A stretch of 62,935 bases of DNA, counting the filler, from Kipferlia bialata (lineage: Eukaryota), in the NCBI GenBank assembly GCA_003568945.1. It is 5 parts of 5 records of this genome, joined end to end, with 100 filler letters (N's around TTAATTAATTAA, not from the genome) between each part and the next. Parts side by side here need not be neighbours in the genome. Positions count along the whole stretch, not along the records: positions 49,015 to 57,599 come from BDIP01000647.1; positions 57,700 to 62,935 come from BDIP01000653.1; 3 more parts are not named here. One strand, written 5' to 3'. Under the pieces are notes generated by a model. The model saw only the letters and a list, made by a program, of their open reading frames with translations, made no database searches and was not told the origin of the DNA. Position 1 is the first letter of the stretch. The number at the start of each line of letters is the position of its first letter. Below are positions 51,661-62,935 of this stretch, in pieces. The translations under genes and the position numbers were made by a program.

Positions 51661-51957
51661 CAGACACACTCTTTCTTCAATACACCTTTTCTTATCCTAG
51701 TTTTGTGTTCTGTATGTGTTTGTGTTGAGATACCATTGATGGTCTTCTAATAGATGCTAGTGATTGACTGTACTTGAGTATAATCTTGAACTAGTTCATA
51801 TTTATATAGCAACACACATCACCTACACTACTGAAAAGAAGACATATACACGCAGCGGTGAGACAGAGGGACAAGACCACCCTGCAACAGACACAACAAC
51901 AGTTAACACACACCCTGGAGATACACCTGCTACTCTGGTCCAGAGCGTCTAGAGCGT

Positions 51958-54900
51958 CTAGAGGGACTGGGATGACTCCTCCTCCTCCTCCTCACTGCTC
52001 TCTATCACACTCTTCTTGATCCTCTTGTTGGCAAGGCGGGCACTGGCTCTCACGGGTCTGGGGGTTAGCATCACTAGGAATTATGTATATATACATGCAT
52101 GTGATTATTATCAATCATATATATGTATATACCTGTCTCTGGCTGTGGCCGGTGTGGATGCAGCTATGGGTGCCACACCAGTGCGTGGGGTGCGCTTGAC
52201 AGGGGTCTTCTTGGTCTTGGCAGCCTTGTGTTAGAATCAGTGAACATATACATGTGACAGACATATACATGTATACATACATACTGAAAACACACCTTTG
52301 TGGGTGTGGCCTTGGGACGGCGTCTGGCAGAAGGGGGGGCGGCATCTCCCTCGGCATCCTTGCGGGGCCTAGGAGTTAGAGAGACAGAATAAACATACAC
52401 TTGTACATTATTAGTGTATGTGTATCTATACTACATATACCCACCTCTTTGCTGATCTGGGTGTTGCTCTTCTGGCCGATGGAGTTGACTGTGCCATGGC
52501 CCTGGAGTGGGGGGTCCTCCTCTGCCTCTGCTGCACGGCTCTGATGCTGGAGGAGAAGGTCTGGGGTGAATAGGATATGAAGGAGATTAAACAGTAACCT
52601 ACACGATACTTGGAGGAGAAGGTCTGGGATGAACAACAATTGAAATAGATGAAAGACTCCCAATTGAGTGGAAGAAACACCCATACCTTTGACTTGATGA
52701 GCTTGACCCTCTGCCTCAGCTCAATCTGGTTCTGGATGGAGCGGAAGAGAGAGGTGGGGAAGGGGACCTGCTCGACCTTCTTGTCTACGGTCAGAGGGAG
52801 GTGGGGGGTAGTCATAGACTACAGGAAAATACATACATATACGACTATACATACCTAGGCTCCACCCCATCTGCCTCCCCCTCTGGTTACACCTGGCCTG
52901 TAGCATGGCAGAGAGAGCCAGGAGAGGCCGGGAGTCCTCCTCGTCGGCCTCCCTCTTGATCATCTGCTCCTGTGTCTCATTGGGGTTGACCAGGCCCTTG
53001 ACGTGCTCAGGCTCACTCCTGACCAGCGACATCATCCTGAACTTCTTGGCGATGCACATTGTGAACCACATGTCAGTCTCCTGCGTCACAAACATGGTGC
53101 AGAACACCTCCATGGCCCTGTCTGCCACAGACATCAGGTCGGCAGAGAGGGTCTTGCCCCTTGGCACCTTCTCCCCTCCTAGCCCCACCTTGCCAGCATC
53201 GACGGGTATGAACCAGTCACGCTGGAGGGCCAGGGCGTGGACTAGACCGTAGGCACCGTAGTGGGGCTTGTGGGCTAGGCTGTTGGCGAGGTCGATGGCC
53301 TCCTGGGTGTCCTTTCTAGGAGGTTAGTGGGTGTGTATATATACTATATAGGTACATGTATATATGTATACATCTATATGTACCTGGGTCCGGCTGGCTT
53401 GGGCGTGGATGGGGTGGGGGTGGAGTTGCCACGCAGCATGGAGTCACCGTCTGGACAATTAGAAACACCTAAGGAGAGAGAGAGAGAGACATACTATATA
53501 CACCCACCTGACATCATGGATGCAATGTCCTTGGCCCTGGCCATCTCGGCCTCCTTGAGACCCACTCTGCAACGCTCAAAGGCACGCTTCCAGCTGCCGA
53601 GAACCTGGGGGTTAACTAGAGGAATACAAGAGTCAATCAATCTAGAAACTAAAGAAAGAAAATATGTACACATCGAGGCTAGTGTGTAAAAGAGAAATCT
53701 GCTAGACTGGCCTCTATAAACCAATACTGGAAGTACCATGCGAGAGAAAGAGAAGACATTGATATCTTTCATGAATATACCTGGGGGATCAGATTCATGG
53801 CTGTCTGTCTGTTGGCCTTGTTCTCATCCACACAGCCCAGGCAGAGGAGGCCTATGATGAGGTACACACACACACACATACACACAGATGGGATATACAT
53901 ATTACATATTATACTCACAACCAGTCAGAACACAAGACAGAATTCACGCAATATGTACAGAGGAAGTACGTACCGAGCCACTTGTGGCCGAGCTTCCCGC
54001 CCTTGGCCAGCATTGCCATTCTGGCAAAGAGAGTGGCCCTGAGCCTGGGCTCGGGGTCATCCAGTAGGGCACGGGCCACTGGGTAAGACGACAGAGAGAG
54101 AGACAGCCATGATTGGAGGAGGGCATGGGCCAATGCCGAGGTATATACATATATAGATATTTGAATACTTATGAACAAATGTAAGGGAGAGAGAGAGTCA
54201 CGTACCGAGTGCCATGTACTCTGGGGGCACCTTCCTCAGACCACTGTTGGATATCTTGAGGAGGGATATGACTGCTCTGAATCTGACATGGGTCAGACAC
54301 AGGGACTCCTTGGAGACCTCCCGGGCATCCTTGGTCAGGGCAACAACCACTCTGGGGGTCAGTGTTGGTGCCTCATGCTAAAACACTAATCAGATATATA
54401 TACACACATATTACTGCCAAACCTGTAGAACATTGTTGCCACCATCTTGACCGCCCTCTCTGTGTTGGGTGTGACTGAGACATAGTGGCAGAAGACCCTC
54501 ATGCACAGCTTGACATGGGTGCAGAAGGGGGAGTAGGACAGCCAGTGCTGGGCCTGGGTTATGAGATAATTATATACACATAGATAGATATTTAGAGAGA
54601 GAGAGAGAGAGATACTGATTATATACACCACCTGCACCGATGCGGCTGGGAGTGGATATGGGACCCCCTTGCCCCTTCTGTCCGAGGGGGAGAAGCGCCT
54701 GACCACAGCACCTGGGGGTGAGGGTATGTGTCTGCAAGGAAATCATAATGTGTCTATGAAAACAATGAATCAAGAAGAGCACCCAATAGTGATAACAGTA
54801 TTATCCAACCCCCACCTGCATACTTGATGACACTGTCTGTGTACTCTGCAGACAGCACCTCAGGACAGAGCTCAATGACCTCACACAGACCGCCAAGGGA

Positions 54901-56676
54901 CCTGGTGGTTAGGATCACATCAAAAGATAGAGTATCATCAACTGACACTCACCTAATTGTGGAGGAGGATGGGTTGGCGATGACTGTGTCTATCCCGGAC
55001 CTCCCAGTGGGCATGGGCCCTATAGCGGGTATCAGCCCCAGCAGACGCCTCCCCTCTGTGTCCACGTGACTGTCTGCCATGTGCTTCTGGGTGATGATGC
55101 GCACAGCCAGCTTGCACAGCCTGTGCCCCCCAGTGGTGCCTGCCTTCTCTCCCTTGCCTGTCAGCATGGGCTCCAGGGCACCTGATGGTACTCTCTCCAG
55201 TACATCTCTGTCAGTGGCTGCCAGGCACAGGACGAGGCGCAGGGCGGCCTCCCTCTCACGTATGGTGACCCCTGCTTGAGACACACTCTCCAGACACACA
55301 TGCACTGCGGCATCAATGCTGGTTCTGTGGTGAGGGTACTGTATGAAGATCAATTAATGTATATACCATATACATAGGGCACCAACATGTGGTACCTGAT
55401 CCCCGCCTCTGACTGTATGGCAGGTGCCATTGCACCCAGCAGGTACAGGCCAACAGCAGCCTCGGCACCTGAGGATGTTAGTAACACAATCACTAACGGA
55501 AGAGAGTCCTATTCTGAAAGTATGTGTACCTGACGTCTGTGGGTCTGTCACCGTCTGCCCTATTGCCTCTAAGGTATCCACTGTCACCAGGCATGGCCCA
55601 CACAGCACTAGCAGGGGGTCTACCAGCTCACCGAGGGTGGCATCCTTGGCAGCAAGGGGGGTGAAGAGGGTGCGGAGACGCTTGGAGAGGCTGGGGGTAA
55701 GGCAAAGTGAGGGATATATCAGGGATAATGATATATATGTATATAATGAAACTATACACATGTACACACCTTGCAAACTCTGACTGTGTGGCCTCGTCCG
55801 GGTTGTCGTTCAACTCACTCAGCCTGGTGAGGGCCTAGGGGTGAGGTGACCAATACTCTATCAGATTTACTGTCGCATTTGTGGTTGAACACACTCAAAA
55901 ATAGACATATATGTGAACTATTGTAAACACAATACCTTCCAGAGCTGCTTGTTCTTGCAGTCAAGCAGATCGGCAGCATGGATACCAAGGGCTGGGGGTG
56001 AGGGGTGACAAGGAAGAGTCGCAACAAGTAAAAGGTAATATAGGCCATGGATGATGAGCGTAGTGACTAGAGAGTACATACATAATGTACCTGACCCCAG
56101 CACGTTGGACATAGCTCTCTTGGTCCTGTCCCTGCCCTTGTCCCTAGGGGTTAGGGGGGGGAGAGAGAGAGAGAGTAACGATGAGCAGGGTGAGATGATA
56201 CAATGAATTAAGAGAGGCGTATACTGGATTGATACCTAGCACTGATGTTGATCTTTCCGATCTTGTCCAGTCCCCCTGGGGCAACGTCATCATTGTGGGC
56301 CTGGGTTAGTAATAGAAGTATATATTATTCAGGGACGGATAAGTAGATAATGATATACGGTAAAGGACAAGGTACCTTGAGCAGTATGGCGAGTGCAATC
56401 ACTCCCCTCCTCTTGAGCTCTGTCAGGGTCTGGAACAGCACAGTGATCTGCTTCACATCCATCGAGCCTGGGGGGTAAGACAGAAGGAAAAGGTGGCACA
56501 CTCATACATATATATATACATATTCATAGATATGAACCTGCGAATGCGAGTATGTCCTGTGCTGCCTGGTCTGGGTCTGTGCCTGTGACCAGGGAGGGGA
56601 GGCCATGGGTGAACAGAGTGGCGGTGGAGGCACCGGTCCTAAGAGTCAGAGGGTATTATGATGATATATATATACT

Positions 56677-56714
<38 letters not shown>

Positions 56715-57551
56715 TATATATACTAGTAATGGGTGAACAGGGTGGCAGTCGAGGCACCAGTCCTGATGGGTTAGTGGATGTAGAAACAACTATATACAAT
56801 ACACAGAAGAAATTAGACTCTGTTGATAAATATAATAGATGTATATGATAAAGTAATGGGTGAACATGGTAGTGGATGAGGCACCAACCCTGAGGGTTAG
56901 AGGTTACCAAGGCAATATTATACCTGATATGGAATTACAATATATATCATACGTATACATATACACATATTAGTACATATATGATTGACAAATGTGTACC
57001 TAAAGTCCGATGCACATAGGGGTGCAGCGATGTGTGGCACCAGCCACTCCAGGTTGGATGGGTCTGTGCTGTACAGCGTGGAGATCTCGGCAATGGCATG
57101 CTTCTTGATGCCTGGGGTGAGGATATACTGTATGTAGCTCATCGGTATGAAATTAGGAGAGAGACCCCCAACACGCGTCTCTTTCTCTCTTCTCTATATC
57201 TATCCACCCTTGACACCACCCACCTACGTCCACATCCTGCAGTCTTCATATACCCATGCTTATACTAATATATATATTCATATATAAATATATAATATAT
57301 AATATATATAATATACACCCACCTGCGTCCACATCCTGCAGTCTGCCGGCACAGTCCTTGATCAGAGCAGGGGCCTGGGGTGAGGGTGTGAATATACCAA
57401 ACCAGTAGATTACATATGTGGGATGAATGGATAGTCAATCATAAATGGATATATATGGCCACGTACATATGTACCCAGGGACTTGTCTGCACACAGAGCA
57501 CACACACAGTCGATGGCAGCACTCCTGACTGGGCCATTCACATCCATCAGC
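51958..57551 (-). CDS. PDS5: Pds5-like HEAT-repeat cohesin regulator, 5' truncated
   Basis: HEAT-like exons LMDVNGPVRSAAID, DCAGRLQDVDAGIKKHAIAEISTLY...WLVPHI, LLDDPEPRLRATLF and YGLVHALA, followed by a basic/acidic tail (KTPVKRTPR, ...SSEEEEEESSQSL*). The architecture resembles Pds5; the family call is inferential. Confidence 0.55.
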
Positions 57552-57599
57552 CTGGGGTGGGGGGGGGGGGGGGGGGGTATAAAAAAATATACAAAAAAA

Positions 57600-57699
57600 N
57601 NNNNNNNNNNNNNNNNNNNNNNNNNNNNNNNNNNNNNNNNNNNTTAATTAATTAANNNNNNNNNNNNNNNNNNNNNNNNNNNNNNNNNNNNNNNNNNNN
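57600..57699. other. Artificial scaffold linker
   Basis: N44-TTAATTAATTAA-N44. Confidence 0.97.
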
Positions 57700-57748
57700 T
57701 ATATTCTATGTATATGGCATGCCCCCCCCCCCCCCCCCCTCACCCCAG

Positions 57749-59069
57749 GGTTGCATCCCCCTCCTTGGATACTGTCTGGGCCAGCACATGCCACACAGGA
57801 TGACAAGGGTAAGGGTGCTGTCTCTCTCTCTCTCTCTCTTGCACTCATCCCCTATTTGTCACTATGCACATATAGTTGTTACTCTGTCTCCCACTGACTG
57901 TCAGGCCACCAAGTACGTCGCCCTCTCCGCCCTGACCTTTGCCCTCGTATGCACCGCACTCTGCCAGGTAAACGATATTTATATATGCATGGATATATAT
58001 ATATATATGCACCGCACTCTGCCAGGTATCCCTCGCTCTCTCAAGTTCTTTCTCTTAGGGGTGGTTCCTCTCAATACTGATATCGAGCAACAACTCGTGT
58101 TGGCACTACATCCACTCACCTCCAGACATTCCCGGCCTACCTCGCGTCCATATTCTCGGATGACCAGGTACACCCAGTATCTATGTATGTATACACCCAG
58201 ATGTATTGATTGATAATGGATATACTGGTGCTGATTACTTGGATGACCAGGTGCCACCCCACCATAGCAATATTGGGGTCTTTCTCTCTGTACCTGCTCT
58301 ACTCACTGTGTCTTTGCAAGTGATAACGTATTTGCCTCACCCCAGGCTGTGGTTGACACAGCTGTCACTCAGATCCACCATATATTTGCTTTCACATGGC
58401 TGCAGTCCATCACATTCATAGCAGGGGCCGTCACACAGGTGGGTGTTTGTACGGGTATTGTGCGGCGGCTGTCCATGACACACATGTATGTGTATGTCTA
58501 TGTTCCTCAGCTGTGATATACCACAGATTGTCTCTGTGCCTCCATGTCTCTCTTATCTCACCCTATCCCCTCTACCCCCTCATTCCCAGGTCTCCAGACA
58601 CATCCGTGCCAACCTCGTCTCCAACATGGCCAAGCCCGTGTGTCTGCTCACATTCATCCTCCTGCTGCCCACATTCAGAGGCGTCAGTGGTACGTGGTAC
58701 AGTGTATATGATACCACTTGTGTGTATATGCATATTCCAACTTCTACATCTAGTGTGTCATGGTTTCTGACCCCTCCCCTCACCCCCAGGAGTCTGGGAG
58801 GCCTACCTCGTGTCTGACATTCTGTCCAACTCAGCAGGTGAGACTATGCATATCCAGTAGGGTATCCCATCGGGATGTGGGTGTTTCTTTCTATTCTCTC
58901 ATGCTACTGTGCTCTTCTCCCTCTGACCCCAGGTATTGCTGTCTTCCTCAAGTTCTTCTTTACAATGAGGAGAGGAGACCTCCGTCTAGGTGAAGATATC
59001 ACAAAGGATGGAGGAGAGACAGTGGATGAGGGAGAGGCAGAGGAGGATGGAGAGGCAGTGGATGTCTAG
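57749..59069 (+). CDS. MATE-family transporter, C-terminal part (5' truncated)
   Basis: GCIPLLGYCLG, TFPAYLASIFSDDQAVVDTA and GVSGVWEAYLVSDILS match MATE C-lobe patterns (P..GynyGa, iFs.D..V, G..GvW.a). Acidic tail, stop at 59067-59069. Confidence 0.8.
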
Positions 59070-59389
59070 GTGTGGGGCCTGTCTGTCTAGGTGCCACCAG
59101 ATTGTCACAGACCCCCCGGTGTCACCCTATATACTACTATAACAACATCAACAACAGAGCAGAGAGTTTCTATAATATATGCTGTACCCCTTTCTATAGC
59201 ATCTGCTCTGTACGACTTCAATAGATTGCGATCGGTGGTGATGGTCATTATGGTACTGGAAGAGTACTATTTAGCAGTCATCAGTTAACGGACACAATGC
59301 ACAAATTCATAGCTTGTAGTGGATGAAATACACTATCGCAATGGCCACAAACTGAGTACAAGCAACCATGGTCCAATCTATGCAATCGG

Positions 59390-62300
59390 CTACTCCCTGC
59401 CCCTCTTCTTGCCAGTTGTGACATGCTGTCTGATGTCAGTCTGGGTCAGCCTCTGCCTGGGGTGTGCCTTTCTGGGGCTGGGGCTGGGTGCATCCCTGCT
59501 AGACTCCACCAGGGAGTTGTTGAGCCACGAGAAGACGTCGACCCCTGCCTTCTTGCCTAGATCCATGTTGAATGCGTCCTTGCATAGTACATGCACACGG
59601 GCAGGGAGGTAGTCGCCCTGGGGTTAGAGAATAGTGAGAGAACACCTCGTGTAGAGTATTGGGTGTTACAAAAGGGATGTGCAAGTGCGATACCTCCTTA
59701 TCCCACTTGAGGTCACAGGGCAGCTTGGGGGTGCCGATGAAGTACTGGGGGTGCACTATGTGTAAGGGAGGGAGATAGGGGGAGAGAGAGAGAGAGAGAG
59801 ACTCCATGCCATGCACTATATTAAGATAGTAACCACATGCTACGCACCCATCCCCTCCTCTCTCTCCTGACATGCTGTGCCCAGCATGACATCGTGTACC
59901 ATGCTTTCATTCTTGTGGTCCATACCTGGGCGTGAGGGAGTGGGGGGTACATACCGATAGTACAGACAATACACAGATATACCGTACCCTGGTTGATCTC
60001 GTCGACCACTCTGAATGGGAACTCACACACACAGTGTGCAGCGGCAGACATGCACAGCGAGGAGACACTGTTCTCTCCCCCAGACCTGCCCACAGTGGAG
60101 GTCGCATCCTTCCTGATGTAAGGGCATGGGTATATATATACATATCTGTATCTAAATATACAGGGAGAGTGGAGTGTCGCATCCTTCCTGGGGGTCAGCA
60201 GGGGACACGTATGTACTTATGTAGGAGCACACAAACATATATATCCATATATATATGTATGTTACCTGAAGTTTGTCTCAAGTGACAGTCCTAGGTCTGT
60301 GAGGGTGAGCTCTGCGTGTCTGGCACTGTCCATCCAGGGGGGGAGGGGGACAACGCCAGCATCGACAGAGGGCTCGCAGTCCTAAGGTGAGACATGAGGG
60401 ATACGAATAGAGATAAGGGTCAGAGCACTACACCATACCCTCATCTCCTGCAGCGTGTCCTTGTTTGTCTTGTGCTCCAGGGCTATCCTCTCGAGGGCTG
60501 GCATGGAGGTGCCCTGGCCGAGGAACTGGGCCTGACACGGTGAGGGGGAGGAGGGGTATACGTATATCATCAATGTATATAACACATACTATATATGTAT
60601 ATACATACTGGCACTGATATGACCTTGGAACTGGGAGGGTGAGAGAGAGGGGAGGTATGTATATACAGAGACATATCCCTTGACATCACCGTACCTCGTT
60701 CATGAGCACCCTGCCTGTGACCTGGAACTGGCTCATCAGCAGGCCAAGGGACTTAGAGACCTGGGGGGTTAGCATTACATTACACATATATATACACATT
60801 CAAGGATACTCCAAATTCCCCCACCTTCTGGCATATGGGCTGTGCCCTTCTGTACCACTGCAGGAACTGCTCGATGAGGTTGGCCCTGCCCTCGTACTCC
60901 TCAGCTGCAGAGGCATAGAAGGTGGAGGCCTCGTCCTTGAACGACTGCTCGATACTAGAGGGTCAGCAGGGGGGGGGGGGGTAGTATATGCTATAAATGA
61001 AGGAAGATAATACACCAATACCCGTACCCCTCGTATCTGACGAGGTCCTCTGCCCCCTCATTCCCTGTTGCCTCCAGGATACCCTTGAGTCTCACCACCT
61101 CTCTGTCCAGTCTGACGATGGGCAGGACCACACCCTCCCACTCACCGGGCTTAGGCACAGTGGCAGGGTCGGACAGGTGGGCAAAGCCGGGCTCAAGCTG
61201 GGGGTCAGCACAATGAAATTACAAATATCAATACCAACAATATAGAGTAGGCGTAGACTATAGTAGATACCTTGCACTCGTCGAGTATGGCCTGGTCCTG
61301 GAGACATGCATCGATTGCCTCCATGCCCTCATCCTCAGACCCAACGGCCTTGTCGATGTACTTCAGCTGGGGGTCAGGGGAGAGGGAGGCATGGTATATG
61401 GGGTATGGTTGACATGTAGGGGATCCACGTCGGTATGATTAGACACAGCATACCTTGACTTGCTGGATTGTCTTGAGGTTCCTGTCCACGTGTGTCTGTT
61501 CCGTCACTAACCGGTTGTGTCTCCTGCTCAGATCACGCCTGAGGTGAGAGAGGAAGAGCACTCACTCGATGACCAATACTCCATAGTCTCTCCGTACGTT
61601 CTGTCTGCTGCCTTTGTGTGCTCCCCCCTCTTCTCCCTGATGGGTGCGATGCCCTTGATATGGGATGAGAGCTGTCTAACAAGGGACAGACACTGCAGAC
61701 GGCACTCGGGGAGGGCACCGGCCACAGTCCTGCCCTTCCGCTGGATCCAGTGTCTCTTGCGCTCAACCTCACCTCCCTCCTGCAAGGTGAGGGGTGGGGG
61801 GGGGGAGAGAGAGAGAGAGAGACAGAGAATCAGAGAGAGAGAGAGAGGGATGTACTGACTCTGAACACTTCACACCCACCTCGCTCTCCTCGTCATCATC
61901 GTCGTCCTGCCCTGCCTTGGCCTGGGCATGGTGGAGAGAGCGCTGAGGGTGAGATATGTACATACTGATAAGGGAGGCGGCAGTATTTGAAAGAAATGTC
62001 ATGATGCGTATATGAACCGTGTTCCCCATACCTTTAGTGTGACTGCCCTGTCCCTGCACCTCTTCTCGTGGTCTCTGACCTCTGATGCCTCCCGTCTGAA
62101 CTGGGCATCCTCGTCCATCAGAGGGGTCAGGGAGGCATTGATGCGGTCAATGTCAGACTGGATCTCTGGGGGTCAGGCTTCATATACAACTCTCTTACTC
62201 TACAATATGTATATACATATAATCCATACCTGGCAGCCGTGAGTCAATCTCCTCTGGCTTGAACTGACCCCACCTGTTACCAGTGTGCAGGTGCATGGCA

Positions 62301-62846
62301 GACTGGGGGTGAGACAGAGCTCAAGGTACTATACCATACACATGTATGTATACATAGTGACGGTGCCCCCCTAAGTGTATATAATCGTGTATTTGTATGC
62401 ATTAGCCCACCTGACCCGCATAGTCCCCTGTGTGGGGGTGGACAGAGATGGTGTATCTCTTGCGAGCGGTGAGGATGCACTGGAACCGGGGCTTACGGCT
62501 GTGGGTGAGTGAAGTATATGAACGCGTCGACATGCAGCGGAGACTCCAGAGTATATTGGTACTAAAGTGGTGACGTACCAGTTGACCAGATAGTCCTCTG
62601 GCCTGAGTCTGAAGAGTAGCTCCACCACCTCCTGCTCTGTCCTAGGCTCATGGTCCAGCACAAGCATCACTCCCGCATTGGACCTGGGGTAAGGCAGAGA
62701 GGTATGTATATATACGTATATATATATCCACTGTACCTGTCGTCGAGTGCCTTCTTCACCATGGGGTCTCCGTCCACACAGTCCAGCACAGAGCCAACAA
62801 CACCCATCTGTCTCAGCTGGTCGGGGACAGCACCGCCTCTCCACCT
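59390..62846 (-). CDS. SMC5: Structural maintenance of chromosomes protein 5, C-terminal part (5' truncated)
   Basis: Coiled-coil exons lead to the C-terminal head: RSGGENSVSSL...EFPFRVVDEINQGMDHKNE...QYFIGTPKL...RVHVL. PFRVVDEINQGMD and QYF..TPKL are characteristic of SMC5. Stop at 59390. Confidence 0.9.
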
Positions 62847-62935
62847 GACAGTGAGTATGTATATAGCAATGATGGTACATACACATATACTAGCCTCCCC
62901 CCCCCCCCCCCCCCCCCGCGGCTGTTTTTTTTTAT

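Noticed and set aside
49092..62846. Apparent chromosome-biology cluster (delta-tubulin, Pds5-like, SMC5)
   Set aside because: SMC5 is on a different scaffold, and adjacency across the linker is artificial.

Overview
This is eukaryotic, intron-rich genomic DNA, not a prokaryotic locus. It is a concatenation of five unrelated scaffolds joined by artificial 100-nt linkers (44 N + TTAATTAATTAA + 44 N), so adjacency across the linkers means nothing. Introns are GT-AG, with a branch-point-like CTNAC almost abutting the AG (e.g. CTCACCCCAG, CTGACCCCAG). This, plus (TA)n/(GA)n-rich introns, suggests a free-living fornicate such as Kipferlia bialata (inference). Splicing exons by eye gives these genes. 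Scaffold 1: a PAP2 phosphatase, a multi-pass membrane protein, a microbial-type PARG (TIGR02452/DUF2263-like) and a Gln-rich fragment. Scaffold 2: a giant orphan protein, an Mx/DRP4-like dynamin and an SR/RE-rich Kelch protein. Scaffold 3: prolidase, a secreted histidine acid phosphatase, tRNA-Pro(CGG) with a broken tandem copy, a CCDC13-like gene and two orphans. Scaffold 4: delta-tubulin and a Pds5-like gene. Scaffold 5: a MATE transporter and SMC5. The most unusual signals are (i) introns built from tandem copies of the neighbouring splice junction plus exon edge, extreme in the PARG gene; (ii) a dense cluster of perfect palindromes with a single central base at 47.1-47.8 kb; (iii) the Mx-like dynamin and the bacterial-type PARG; (iv) a tRNA-Pro with A37. 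Exon boundaries are manual and approximate unless stated otherwise.
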